In this document: positions 28,546-38,664 of the stretch, piece after piece
Layout of the letters: each line of letters begins with the position of its first letter
How positions within the stretch are numbered: the first letter of the stretch is position 1
Origin: Myxococcota bacterium
Lineage (GTDB): Bacteria > Myxococcota > Myxococcia > Myxococcales > Myxococcaceae
Reading direction: 5' to 3'
DNA length: 64,000 bases
Assembly (NCBI GenBank): GCA_040755835.1
Contig: JBFMAB010000122.1
Coordinates: forward strand, 43,180 to 107,179
Translations under genes and position numbers: made by a program
Notes under the pieces: model-generated
Database searches by the model: none
Seen by the model: only the letters and a program-made list of their open reading frames with translations
What the model was told of the DNA's origin: nothing

Positions 28546-29148
28546 TCAGCCAACCCGGCGGGAGGAAGCGCCAGGTGAGTCGTGGGTCGCGCGGCGCAAG
28601 AGCGCCAGCGCCGACGGGGCCAGGTCCGCGCCGGCGACGTGCTCGGCGCGCAGGTAGTCGGTGGTGCCCCACGCGCGGCGCCCTCCGCGCAGGCGCTCCT
28701 CGAGGCCGCGCAGCAGCGCCGTGCCGCTCGCCCGCGTGCCGTCGCGCCGCGGCACGACCGCTTCCGTCGCGGTGCGGCAGCCCAGCAGCCGGACGTCGGC
28801 GCCGCGCGCGAGCAAGGGGCCCAGCTGGCGCGCGCGGCCGAAGCCCGTGCCGTCGCTCGCGAACAGCACGCCGTCGCCCATGGAGAACTCGCCGCCGGCG
28901 CCGTGCCCGTAGAGGTCCAGCCGGGTGATGGCGTGCCCGCGACGCTGCCACAGCCGCGCGAGGTAGACGACGTCGTCGGGGTCCTGGCAGCGCTCGACGA
29001 CGAAGGCGGCCCCGGCGTGCTTCGCGAGCCGCAGGGTGATGGCCTCGAAGAGCGGCTCCAGCGTCGACGGGTACGACACGATGGCCAGCGCGAGGCGACG
29101 CGGCGCGCTCGTCACCTTCACCGTGCTGGCGGTCCCCCCGCGCGGCAT
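28546..29148 (-). CDS. DUF4347-like domain protein
   Basis: LDLYGHGAGGEFSMGDGVL resembles the DUF4347 core (hivSHGspGelqLG). GGAG RBS. Confidence 0.5.
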   Translation of the reverse strand: MPRGGTASTVKVTSAPRRLALAIVSYPSTLEPLFEAITLRLAKHAGAAFVVERCQDPDDVVYLARLWQRRGHAITRLDLYGHGAGGEFSMGDGVLFASDGTGFGRARQLGPLLARGADVRLLGCRTATEAVVPRRDGTRASGTALLRGLEERLRGGRRAWGTTDYLRAEHVAGADLAPSALALLRRATHDSPGASSRRVG

Positions 29149-29173
29149 GCGCGACTCCCTCGCTGCGACTGCG

Positions 29174-30667
29174 TCAGTCCTTTGCCTTCTCCAGCCCGAA
29201 GGCCTTGATGAGGTTGTAGACGTGGCTGCGCGACAGATCGAGCCGCCGCGCCACCTCTGCCGTGTCCCAGCCCGTCGCCTTCAGCTCGCGCGCGATGAGC
29301 TCGCGCTGAAACTGCCGGGTCGCCTCGTCGAAGCTCAAGGGGCCGGCAGGCGCGCCATTCGCCACGCCGAGGTGCCGCGCCTCCACCTGCGTCGCGCCCT
29401 CGGCGGCCGCGCGAATCATCGCCTCGTCCAGGCGGTGCCGCAGCTGGCGGATGTTGCCGCGCCAGTGAAAGGCCTCGCACGCGGCGCGGAAGGACAGGGA
29501 CAGCGGCAGCGCGGGCAGCCGGTGCTCGAAGGCCGCGCGCTTGGCGAGCGCGTCGAGCAGCAGCGGAATGTCCGACTTCCGCTCGGCCAGCGTGGGCATG
29601 CGAATCGAGAAGGACGACAGCCGGTAGTAGAGGTCTTCCCGGAACTTCTTCTCGGCGCTCTCGGCCTCGAGGTCGCGGTTGGTGGCGGCGATGATGCGCA
29701 CGTTCGCCGTCTGCTGGTGGGTGCTGCCCAGCGGGTAGTACTGCCGCGACTGGAGCAGCTGCAGCAGCTTGCCCTGCGCGCCCAGGGGAATGTCCGCCAC
29801 CTCGTCGAGGAAGAGCGTGCCGCCTTCCGCCAGCTCCACCTTGCCGGCCAGCTTCTTCGCGCCGGTGAAGGCGCCTTCGCGCGTGCCGAACAGCTCCGCC
29901 TCGAGCAACGTCTCGGGAATGGCCCCGCAGTTCAGCTCGATGAAGGGCCCGTTTCGCCGCGGGCTGTTGTCGTGAATCGCCCGCGCCACCTGCGTCTTGC
30001 CGGTGCCCGACTCGCCGGACAGGAGCACCGTGATGTCCAGCTTCGCCACCAGCGACACCTGCTCGAGCACGTGCGCCAGCGCCGGGCTCTGGCCGACGAT
30101 GCCGTCCAGCTGGAGCGCCTGCCGGAAGGGCCTCGTCGGGTCGCCGCCGGGTGCCGTCTCGGCCAGCGCGCTCTTGTCCAGCACCGGCCCGAGGAAGCGC
30201 GCCACCAGCTCGGCCGTCGTCACGTCCTCCGGCGAGAAGGGCCCCTGGCCGCGCACGCCCTCGAGGTACAGCACGCCGGGCTGCGAGGCAGGCAGCGGCA
30301 CGCACAGCACCGCCTCGAGGCGCTGCCGTTGCACGCTGGGCTGGTTGGCGAAGCGCTCGTCCAGCAGCGCGTACGGCGTGTGCACCGTCTTCCCCGACGC
30401 CATGGCCGACGCGACGATGCCGCGCGAGGTGACGGTGCGAATCGCCGCCTCGTCCTCCTCGCTGCAGCCGTGCGACGTGGAGAAGCGCCGCTCGCCCGCG
30501 GCGCCGTCGCGGAACAGCTCGACGTAGGCTCGCGCCGCGCCGGTGAGGCTGGCCAGCTGCGCCAGCACCCGCTTCAACCTCGGCTCCGTCTGCCCGGGCT
30601 GCGCGAGGTCGAGCAACGAGACGAACAGCTCGCGTTCCCGCTCCAGACGCACCACGTCGCTCCCCAT
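29174..30667 (-). CDS. sigma-54-dependent transcriptional activator (GAF - AAA+ - HTH)
   Basis: GAF N-terminal domain. GESGTGKT Walker A. GAFTGA sigma-54 contact motif. C-terminal Fis-type HTH (RSHVYNLIKAFGL). An alternative ATG is at 30718 (MPTRD...), but its first codons have lower GC3. Confidence 0.85.
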   Translation of the reverse strand: MGSDVVRLERERELFVSLLDLAQPGQTEPRLKRVLAQLASLTGAARAYVELFRDGAAGERRFSTSHGCSEEDEAAIRTVTSRGIVASAMASGKTVHTPYALLDERFANQPSVQRQRLEAVLCVPLPASQPGVLYLEGVRGQGPFSPEDVTTAELVARFLGPVLDKSALAETAPGGDPTRPFRQALQLDGIVGQSPALAHVLEQVSLVAKLDITVLLSGESGTGKTQVARAIHDNSPRRNGPFIELNCGAIPETLLEAELFGTREGAFTGAKKLAGKVELAEGGTLFLDEVADIPLGAQGKLLQLLQSRQYYPLGSTHQQTANVRIIAATNRDLEAESAEKKFREDLYYRLSSFSIRMPTLAERKSDIPLLLDALAKRAAFEHRLPALPLSLSFRAACEAFHWRGNIRQLRHRLDEAMIRAAAEGATQVEARHLGVANGAPAGPLSFDEATRQFQRELIARELKATGWDTAEVARRLDLSRSHVYNLIKAFGLEKAKD

Positions 30668-31261
30668 CGCGGGTGGCACTGTAGCCCACACGGAGAGCGC
30701 GATGTCGCGTGTCGGCATCTTGGGGGGGCGCCACGCAAGGTTCCGGCCACGCGCAGAACCGCGCGAGCCGGGAGGGCTGCGGCGAAGGCATTCCACTCGC
30801 CTGGAATGCCTTCGCCGGTGATTCCACGCGGGTGGAATGGGGCTCGCGCCAAGTCCGTGACGCGGGGGGGTGATCGCCAGGGCACCCGCGTTGCAGCGCT
30901 GCGCCAGAGGCGCCGAGATGCGTGGGACGGGAAGCCGGGCATGAAAAGAGTCCGGTGTCCTCAGGGCGGGTGGGTGACGGGGGGCTTCTTGGGCTGGTCG
31001 AGGCGGGGTGGGGGCGCTTCGGCTTGAGGCCGGGCAGCTCTGGTTGGCACGTGAGGGCACAACCCGCCCTGTGCGCGGCTGACCGGGTCTGTCCCGGCCT
31101 CGGGTTTTTTTGGCCTGGACGATACGCGTGGGGCGCGAATCCCCGCATGGCCGACAGCCCGGGGCTTCATCCCCTCGGGGACGGCGACGCCGATGACCGT
31201 CTGCTGACGGCGGGCACAGACGCAGCCGCGCGCCGCTCGATGCGCTATGAGGCGTGGCAGC

Positions 31262-31903
31262 ATGCGCTACGCCTTCGTCCTCCTCGCGCTCTCCGCCTGC
31301 ACCGGCGCGCACCACCAGCACACCGCCCACCACCGCTTCGACGACGCCGAGGCGTGGGCGAAGTCCTTTGAAAGTCCCGAGCGCGACGCGTGGCAGAAGC
31401 CGGACCAGGTCATCGCGGCGCTCGAGTTGCCGCCGGACGCGAAGGTGGCCGACATCGGCGCGGCGACCGGCTACTTCCCGGTGCGCGTGGCGCGCGTGGT
31501 GCCGCAGGGCCACGTGTACGGCGTCGACGTCGAGTCCTCGATGGTGGAGTACCTGAACAAGCGCGCCGCCACCGAGGGCCTCGCCAACCTGTCCGCGGTG
31601 CAGGCGACGTTCGACGACGCGAAGATTCCCGAACCCGTCGATGTCGTGATGATGGTGAATACGTACCATCACATCGAGCGCCGCCCGGCGTACTTCGCGC
31701 GCCTCGCCGCGTCGCTCAAGTCCGGAGGGCGCCTGGCCATCATCGACTTCCGTCGCGGCAGCTCGCGCGGTCCGCCGGACAGCGAGAAGGTGCCTCCGGA
31801 GCAGGTCGCGAAGGAGCTCGCCGAGGCCGGCTACGCACAGGTCGCGTCCTTCGACTTCCTGCCCGAGCAGTTCTTCCTGGTGTTCACCCGCCCGAGGAGC
31901 TGA
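31262..31903 (+). CDS. class I SAM-dependent methyltransferase lipoprotein
   Basis: Lipobox LALSAC. SAM motif VADIGAATGYF. An alternative upstream ATG is at 31247. Confidence 0.8.
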   Translation: MRYAFVLLALSACTGAHHQHTAHHRFDDAEAWAKSFESPERDAWQKPDQVIAALELPPDAKVADIGAATGYFPVRVARVVPQGHVYGVDVESSMVEYLNKRAATEGLANLSAVQATFDDAKIPEPVDVVMMVNTYHHIERRPAYFARLAASLKSGGRLAIIDFRRGSSRGPPDSEKVPPEQVAKELAEAGYAQVASFDFLPEQFFLVFTRPRS

Positions 31904-31907
31904 CGAT

Positions 31908-32885
31908 TCAGTACGGGTTGCCGAAGCCGAGGATGGTGCTCATCGAGCGCGTCCGACGCCACACGCCTTCCTGGCCGGTCTGCGGGTTGGCGGTGTTGCC
32001 TTCGATGGTGGCGATGGTGCCGTCCGCGTTGACGCGCTCGACGAGGCCGATGTGGTCGGCCACGCGGTCGCCGTCCCAGTCGAAGAGCACGAGGTCGCCG
32101 GGCTGCGGGTTCGACCTGCCCTTCCAGTCGCCGTTGCGCTTGAGCTCGTTCACCACCGACGGGCAGTACGGGTTGTTCATGGAGAGGCCCGCCCGCCGCG
32201 ACACCCAGCTGACGAAGTCCGCGCACCAGGCCTCGCTGCCGCGGCCGAAGGCGTTGGGGTACTTCAGCACCGCGCCGCGGTTGTTGCCGCCCGTCTCGAT
32301 GGTACCGATTTCGCCGCGCGCGATGTCCAGCAGGCGGCTGCGCACGTCACCGTTGGCCGGCGTCGTGGGGTTCACCGGCCGCGGCGTCAGCGGCCCGGCC
32401 AGCGCCTGCCACGTCGACGGGCCCGCCACGCCGTCGGCGTTGAGGCCCTTCGCCCGCTGGAACTCGACGAGCGCCCGCCGCGTCTGGCCGCCGAACTGTC
32501 CGTCGACGTCGCCCGGCGTGAAGCCGTGGCGCAGCAGCTGCCGCTGCAGCGTCTCGACGTCGGCGCCCATGTCGCCCTGGCGCAGCGTCGGCCGCGCGGC
32601 CGTCGTCGGAGGCGTCGTCGAAGGCCGGCTCGAGCGCAGCGCCGCCCACGTCTGCGGGCCCACCACGCCGTCCACCGAGAGGCCCTTCGCCTGCTGGAAG
32701 CGCCGCACCGCCGCCTGCGTCATCGGGCCGAAGTCGCCGTCCACCGGGCCCGTCGGGACGCCCGCCCCCTGCAGCAGGCGCTGCAGCTCCGCCACCTGCG
32801 GGCCCATCGCGCCGCGCGAGAGCGTGGGGGCCGTCGACGTCGTCCGCGCCGTCGAAGAAGTCCGTCGAGAGAGTGCGAGAGGCAT
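31908..32885 (-). CDS. peptidoglycan-binding (2x PG_binding_1) CHAP-domain amidase
   Basis: Two GDxGxxVxxLQxxL PG-binding repeats. C-terminal CHAP (CADFVSW...H). Confidence 0.8.
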   Translation of the reverse strand: MPLALSRRTSSTARTTSTAPTLSRGAMGPQVAELQRLLQGAGVPTGPVDGDFGPMTQAAVRRFQQAKGLSVDGVVGPQTWAALRSSRPSTTPPTTAARPTLRQGDMGADVETLQRQLLRHGFTPGDVDGQFGGQTRRALVEFQRAKGLNADGVAGPSTWQALAGPLTPRPVNPTTPANGDVRSRLLDIARGEIGTIETGGNNRGAVLKYPNAFGRGSEAWCADFVSWVSRRAGLSMNNPYCPSVVNELKRNGDWKGRSNPQPGDLVLFDWDGDRVADHIGLVERVNADGTIATIEGNTANPQTGQEGVWRRTRSMSTILGFGNPY

Positions 32886-33104
32886 CGTGGTCTCCGGGCT
32901 GCGCCCTTTCAGTCATTCTCGCAGACGGAAAAGCCGAGTTTCTTCAAAGGGTTGGCGTCAAGCCTCTGAACAGACCCACATGGTGGGTTTGGAGCGGGCC
33001 CGCTCCAGTCGAACGGGGAGACGGGGGGGGCTGGAGCCGCGCTCTGCAAAGAAGTGTGGTGGGCCCGGCGTGGCGGGGCGCGCCTCATTACAGTGCACGG
33101 ACCG

Positions 33105-34325
33105 ATGGGTGAGCAGGCGGAGGAGACGACGGCGGTGGCGGTGGTGGAGGAGCGCGAGGGCGCGCGGGTGACGGAGGTGCCCATCCTCCTCTTCGTGCGA
33201 GGCCTCTTCCTCCTCGTGGTGATGCTGAGCCTCGTCGTCGGGCTGCACTGGTACGTCGGCGCGCGGTTGATTGGCGGGCTCGGCCTGTCGGCGCCGCTCG
33301 CGTCCGTCGCGTGGGCGCTGGTGTGGTCGGCCTTCGGCAGCATCTTCGTCGGCTTCATCGGCATGCGGTTGTTGCCGCGCGGCATCGCGCGCGTCTTCCA
33401 GTGGGTCGGCTTCGGGTGGATGGGCGCGTGCGGCCTCTTCGTGGTGTCCTTCGCGGTGACGGACCTCGGGCTGTGGCTGTGGACGCGCGGCGCGGTCGTC
33501 GACGCGGCCACGCTGCACGCGCGCACGCTGGCCGTGGTGGGCGTGGTGCTGCCGGCGCTGGCGTGGGGCTTCTTCGTCGCGCGGCGTCCCGAGGTGAAGC
33601 GCGTGGAGGTGCCCATCGCCGGGCTGCCGAAGGCGCTGGACGGCTTCAAGGTGGTGCAGCTGTCCGACGTGCACATCGGCGAGACGCTCGACCGCCGCTT
33701 CGCCGAGCTGGTGACGGAGCAGGTGAACGCGCTCGACGCCGACGCCGTCGTCCTCACCGGCGACCTGGTGGACGGCTCGGTGGCGCGGCTGCGCGACGAG
33801 GTGGCGCCGTTCGCGAAGCTGCGCGGCAAGCACGGCGTCTTCTACGTGACGGGGAACCACGAGTACTACCACGGCGGCGCCGCGTGGGAGGCCGAGGGAC
33901 GGCGCCTCGGCTTCCACGTGCTGCACAACGAGCACCGCGTCGTCGGCGAGGGCGACGGGCGGCTCGTCATCGGCGGCGTCACCGACGTCGAGGGTGCGCG
34001 CTTCTCCGAGGCCCACGCGCCGCGCGTCGACCAGGCCTTCCACGGCGCGCCCGACGGCGTGCCGCGCCTGCTGTTGTCGCACCAGCCGCGCTTCGCGAAG
34101 CGGGCCGCGGGCCACGGCGTGTCGTTGATGCTGTCGGGCCACACGCACGGCGGGCAGATGTTCCCGTTCATGTTCTTCGTGAAGCTGCAGCAGCCCGTCA
34201 TCGGCGGCTTCAAGGTGCTGTCGGGCGTGCCGACGTACACCAGCAACGGCACCGGTTACTGGGGCCCGCCGTTCCGCCTGGGGCCGCGCGGCGAAATTAC
34301 CGAGCTGCTGCTGCGCGCCGCCTGA
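33105..34325 (+). CDS. membrane-anchored calcineurin-like metallophosphoesterase
   Basis: N-terminal TM helices. Motifs QLSDVHIG, TGDLVDG, GNHEY, GHTHGGQ. Confidence 0.8.
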   Translation: MGEQAEETTAVAVVEEREGARVTEVPILLFVRGLFLLVVMLSLVVGLHWYVGARLIGGLGLSAPLASVAWALVWSAFGSIFVGFIGMRLLPRGIARVFQWVGFGWMGACGLFVVSFAVTDLGLWLWTRGAVVDAATLHARTLAVVGVVLPALAWGFFVARRPEVKRVEVPIAGLPKALDGFKVVQLSDVHIGETLDRRFAELVTEQVNALDADAVVLTGDLVDGSVARLRDEVAPFAKLRGKHGVFYVTGNHEYYHGGAAWEAEGRRLGFHVLHNEHRVVGEGDGRLVIGGVTDVEGARFSEAHAPRVDQAFHGAPDGVPRLLLSHQPRFAKRAAGHGVSLMLSGHTHGGQMFPFMFFVKLQQPVIGGFKVLSGVPTYTSNGTGYWGPPFRLGPRGEITELLLRAA

Positions 34326-34459
34326 TGGACCGGGAATGCGGGTGTCACCCGCGCGTTCCTCCTCGCGTCCGCGGCGCGTTGCGAAGTCGCTCCCTCTTCG
34401 CGATGAACGCCTGGAACGAGGAGGCCGGCGGCGGGGAAACCGCCGGCCGCGAGACGGGG

Positions 34460-34500
34460 CTGCCGGGCGTTCTCCCCCCGGCAGTCCCTCTTTTTTTTTC
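34460..34500 (+). terminator. intrinsic terminator (8-bp GC stem plus T9)
   Basis: ctgccggg cgttctccc cccggcag followed by tccctcttttttttt. Confidence 0.5.
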
Positions 34501-34587
34501 TTTCCCGCGAAGTGACGGCTGCGTCTTGACGCTCGCATCACCTCGGAAGGACGCTCCGAGCGCCTTTCGCCGTCGGGGAGCCGCCGC

Positions 34588-35631
34588 ATGCACACTGGAG
34601 AGACGCACCTGCCGGAAGGCGCGCTCGAGTCCGCCGCCGCGGTGACGCCGGGCCTGGCCCGGGCCGCCCGCGCGGAGCTCTGGCGCCACCTCCCCGCGTG
34701 GATGTTCTTCGTCTACGCGGTGCTGTTGCTGAACACGGAGCTGACCAACTTCCACCCGGCGCGCGGCGACCTCGCGCACACCATCGTCTTCCCGCTGAGC
34801 GTCTTCGTGCTGTTCCAGCTGGTGCGCGCCAACGCCGGGGTGGCGTCGCGCCGGCTGCTCTTGACGAGCCTCGCGCTGGCCTTCGGGCTGCCGCTGGTGG
34901 TGCTGGCGGTGCACCAGCCGTCGCCGCTCGACGTGTCGCAGCTGTTGCGGGTATACGAGTGGTCCAACTTTCTGTGGGCCGGGCTGCTCATCGCGCACGC
35001 GTGGGCGCACCAGCGTTCGCACGTGGCGCTCTTCTTCGGCGTGGGCCTCGTCTATGGCGCGTGCCTCGAGAACGGCGGCATCCTTCTCGGCTTCTTCCAC
35101 GAGACGAACCTCACCGACACCAGGGTGAAGCCCTTCGTCGCGCCGGTGGCGACCATGGTGGGCTGGAGCGTGGTGCTGCTGATGGCCACCTTCGTCACCT
35201 GGGAATTGCGCAAGCGCCTCGGGTGGCTGCGCCGATCGGCCGCGCTGTCGGCGCTGGCGGTGGGCACCTTCGCGACGATGCTGGACCTGCAGATCGACCC
35301 CATCGCCACGGCGGCAGGCTGTTGGGTGTGGCACGAGTCGCTGCCGGGCTGGTTCCACGGCGTGCCGCTGGTGAACTTCATCGCGTGGATGTGCGCGCTG
35401 GTGCCCTTCGCGTACGTGCTGTTCCGCGTGCAGGAGCGGCGCGGGCTGGCCGACGGCGCGGCGTGGGACGTGGGAGCGCTCGAGGAGCTGCTCGCGTGGA
35501 CGCCCGCGGCGCTGGTGTTGGCGGCGCTGAGCTTCATCGGCGTGACGCTGGTGGTGGAAGGCGCGAACGGTCCGTCGTGGACTTTGCTGAACCAGTTCAC
35601 GCTGGGCGTCGTCCGCAGCGTCGGCCTGTAG
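34588..35631 (+). CDS. polytopic integral membrane protein, function unknown
   Basis: More than 7 hydrophobic helices. High GC3. Confidence 0.7.
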   Translation: MHTGETHLPEGALESAAAVTPGLARAARAELWRHLPAWMFFVYAVLLLNTELTNFHPARGDLAHTIVFPLSVFVLFQLVRANAGVASRRLLLTSLALAFGLPLVVLAVHQPSPLDVSQLLRVYEWSNFLWAGLLIAHAWAHQRSHVALFFGVGLVYGACLENGGILLGFFHETNLTDTRVKPFVAPVATMVGWSVVLLMATFVTWELRKRLGWLRRSAALSALAVGTFATMLDLQIDPIATAAGCWVWHESLPGWFHGVPLVNFIAWMCALVPFAYVLFRVQERRGLADGAAWDVGALEELLAWTPAALVLAALSFIGVTLVVEGANGPSWTLLNQFTLGVVRSVGL

Positions 35632-35686
35632 TCATTCTCCCTCTTCTGTTGGGGACCGGAGCCGGGTGAGGGGTAGAGTCGAGGCC

Positions 35687-36754
35687 ATGCGCGGCGCCCA
35701 CCTCGTCGTCCTCGCTGCGGCAGCTGCCGCGCTCCTCGCCTGCTACGACTTCGACAGCGCGTACCAGGCCGCCTGCGACGCGGGGCGGTGCGACGGCGGT
35801 GCGGCCGGCGGTGGCGCGGGCGGCGGGAATGGGGACGCAGGCGCCGGTGGGGGTGGCGACATCGACGCGGGCACCGGCGGCGGAGGCGACGGCGACGCCG
35901 GCATGGGAGGTGGCGGCGGCGAGGTCGACGCTGGCGTGGGCGGCGGCGGCGGCGACGTGGACGCGGGCAACGACGACGCGGGCATGGACGCGGGCTGCGG
36001 GACGCCGGCGCGCCTCGTCATCACCACCGCGCCGCAGACGCTGCAGTCGGGCAGCTGCTCGATGCCGGTGACGGTGCAGCTGCGCGACGCGTGCGACCTG
36101 CCCGTCGTCCCGCCGGTGGCGGTGCCGCTCACCTTCACCACGCCGTCGACGTTGAGCGTCTTCAGCGACGGCGCGTGCATCGCGATGGCCCCGCAGTGGC
36201 AGATTGCCGGCGGCGCGAGCGAGCTGACGGTGCACGTGAAGGCGTCGGCCGCGGGCACGCCGACGTTGCAGGTGTCCTCGGCGGGCCTCGCCTCCGACAG
36301 CCAGGCCTTCACCATCACCTGTCCCACGGGGCAGCGGCCGTGCAACGGCGCCTGCATCCCCAGCGCGGGCTGTTGCGGAGACGGCGAGTGCAACGACGGC
36401 GGCGTGGCGTGGGTGTGCAACTCGATGAGCGTCTGCGCGCCGCCGCCGTGCACGGGCTTCCCCGCGGGCTGCACCACCTGGGATGACCGCACCGCGCCGT
36501 CCGCGAGCCGCACCATCACCTTCGACTCGAACGGCTACGTGCCGAAGTGCATGCGCGTCACGACGTCGCAGACCGTCACCTTCTCGGGGTCCTTCGCGAT
36601 TCACCCGCTGGTGCAGTTCTGCGGGCCGAGCGACCGCAACCTCACCACCACCATCGGCACGACGAAGACGGCCACCTTCCCCAGCTTCGGCACCTACGGC
36701 TACCGCTGCGCGAACCACCCCAGCTTCGAGCAGGGCGCCATCAAGGTGCCGTGA
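35687..36754 (+). CDS. lipoprotein with Gly/Asp-rich decapeptide repeats and C-terminal cupredoxin-like domain
   Basis: Lipobox LLAC. Repeats GGGGD(I/V)DAG. C-terminus has H...C...H...M spacing typical of blue-copper folds (HPLVQF...YRCANHPSFEQG). Confidence 0.65.
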   Translation: MRGAHLVVLAAAAAALLACYDFDSAYQAACDAGRCDGGAAGGGAGGGNGDAGAGGGGDIDAGTGGGGDGDAGMGGGGGEVDAGVGGGGGDVDAGNDDAGMDAGCGTPARLVITTAPQTLQSGSCSMPVTVQLRDACDLPVVPPVAVPLTFTTPSTLSVFSDGACIAMAPQWQIAGGASELTVHVKASAAGTPTLQVSSAGLASDSQAFTITCPTGQRPCNGACIPSAGCCGDGECNDGGVAWVCNSMSVCAPPPCTGFPAGCTTWDDRTAPSASRTITFDSNGYVPKCMRVTTSQTVTFSGSFAIHPLVQFCGPSDRNLTTTIGTTKTATFPSFGTYGYRCANHPSFEQGAIKVP

Positions 36755-36765
36755 GGACATGAAAC

Positions 36766-36794
36766 AGGGGAGCGGGTGTCTCCCGCTCCCCTCG
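36766..36794. terminator. GC-rich hairpin between convergent genes (bidirectional terminator candidate)
   Basis: aggggagcggg tgtct cccgctcccct, a perfect 11-bp stem. Confidence 0.4.
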
Positions 36795-36850
36795 CCGGGT
36801 CCCTCGTCCCCCGACCCATTCGGGCCGGGAGACAGGGCGCATCAGCCGCT

Positions 36851-37282
36851 TCAGCTGTTCGGCTTCGCGGTCTTCTGGCCGGCCGCCAGCCAGCCGTTAA
36901 TGCCCACGGGCAGCACGGCGACGTCGGTGTAGCCGTTCTCCATGGCGCGCCTGGCCGCCTGGGTCGACGCGCTGCACTTCTCGTTGGCGCAGTAGAAGAC
37001 GAGCGTCGACGACTTGTCCTTCGGCAGCTCCGTCAGCGCGTACTGCGACGACGAGGTGAGGAGCACCGCGCCCGGGATGATGCCCTTCTCGGCGCGCGTC
37101 TTCTCGCCGTTGGCGTCGACGGGCGTGGCCTTCTTCTCTTTGGTGAGGTTGGCCAGCTCGGTGACGGTCAGCTTCTTCGGCTCCCTGGACGCCTGGCCGT
37201 GACCCATGCCGTCGCACGCGAGCGCGGCGGCGGGGACGACGAAGGAGGCGGCGAGGGCGAGGGTCATCAGGGTGCGCTTCAT
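36851..37282 (-). CDS. periplasmic rhodanese-domain sulfurtransferase
   Basis: Signal peptide. Rhodanese active-site loop FYCANEKC. Confidence 0.8.
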   Translation of the reverse strand: MKRTLMTLALAASFVVPAAALACDGMGHGQASREPKKLTVTELANLTKEKKATPVDANGEKTRAEKGIIPGAVLLTSSSQYALTELPKDKSSTLVFYCANEKCSASTQAARRAMENGYTDVAVLPVGINGWLAAGQKTAKPNS

Positions 37283-37379
37283 CGGGTGAATCTCCGGGGT
37301 GGGTGGTTGAAAGACGGCGGAACAACGCGGCCCGGTTTGACCGAGCGCAACCCCCTATGCGTCGGCCGGCTGGTGCGTT

Positions 37380-38332
37380 TCACCGGCCGGTGGTGCGGCG
37401 CGTCACGGCGCCCGCGAACTCCGCGGCCTTGAGGAGGGCGTGGATCATCGGCTGCGGATCCGCCCGGTTCTTCCCGGCGAGGTCGTACGCGACGCCGTGG
37501 TCCGGGGAGGTGCGCGGCACCGGCAGGCCGAGGGTGACGTTGACGGTGCGCGCGAAGTCGAGCGTCTTGGTCGCCACCAGGCCCTGGTCGTGGAACATCG
37601 CCAGCGCGACGTCGAACGGGAAGCCGCCGGCCGCCTTCGCGAAGAGGCCGTCGGCCGCGAAGGGGCCGCGCACGTCGAGCCGGCGCCGCTTCGCCTGCGC
37701 GATGGCGGGGGCGATGACGCGCACCTCCTCGGTGCCCAGGACGCCGCCCTCGCCGGCGTGCGGATTCACCCCGCACACCGCGATGCGCGGGCGGTGCCCG
37801 AGGACGGGCGTGAGCGTTCGGTCGAGGAGCGCCAGCGCGGAGAGCAGCCTCGGCACCGACAGGGCCTTCGGCACGGCGGCGAGCGGCAGGTGGTTGGTGG
37901 CGAGCGCCACCTTGAGGCGCGGGCCATCCATCAGCATCAGCACCTCGCAGCCGAAGGCCTCGGCGAGGAGCTCGGTATGGCCGACGAAGGGAATGCCCGC
38001 CTTCGTGATGGCCTCCTTCGACACCGGCGCGGTGCACAGCGCGTCCACCTCGCCGGCCTGCGCCGCGGCGATGGCGGCGGTGACGTACGCGTGTTGTGCG
38101 AGGCCGCCCGCGCGCGTAGGCCGGCCGGGCCGCCGGTCCTTCGCCGCGAGCTGGCTGACGGCGTGGAACCGAAGCGGCCCTCTCGTCCCGGGGCGAGGGC
38201 TCTCGTGGGCGTCACCGAACACGACGGGCGTCAGCGCCCGGCGGACGCGCGCATCCGCGAGCGCCTTCCACGTCACCTCCGCGCCAATCCCCGAGGGGTC
38301 TCCGAGGGAGATGCCGATGCGCGGCTTCGTCA
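37380..38332 (-). CDS. pdxA: 4-hydroxythreonine-4-phosphate dehydrogenase PdxA
   Basis: PdxA motifs ITLGDPSGIGAEV, HTELL, GVNPHAGE. It is immediately downstream of surA, as in the E. coli surA-pdxA operon. Confidence 0.85.
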
Positions 38333-38664
38333 TGGAGCGCGCCATAGCAGGACTGTCCGGGTCCCACATGTGCGCCTCACGGAAATGTGAGAGCGCGGCG
38401 GGCGAACTCGGCGAAAGGACGGCGACGGGGGCTGGCCTTCGCCTTGCTCCCTGGGCTCGCGTCATGATCGACCGCTCCGATGAGACCAGCCACCACCCGG
38501 ACAGGCCGTCGCGGTGGGCGCGCTTCGTGGCGCTGCTCGCCGAGCTGTTCGGCGACTGACGAAAGTCCCGAGGAGCGCCCGGTGGAGGAGGCACGTCGCG
38601 CTGAAGGGAAAGCGCGCCGCCGCCGGGCCCGCGGCGCGGCTCAGGGCGCACGAGGGCGAAGAGG

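Noticed and set aside
30668-30718. Upstream ATG 30718 for the sigma-54 activator
   Set aside because: Codons aca/gct/aca/cca give low GC3 and there is no RBS. It is kept as an alternative only.
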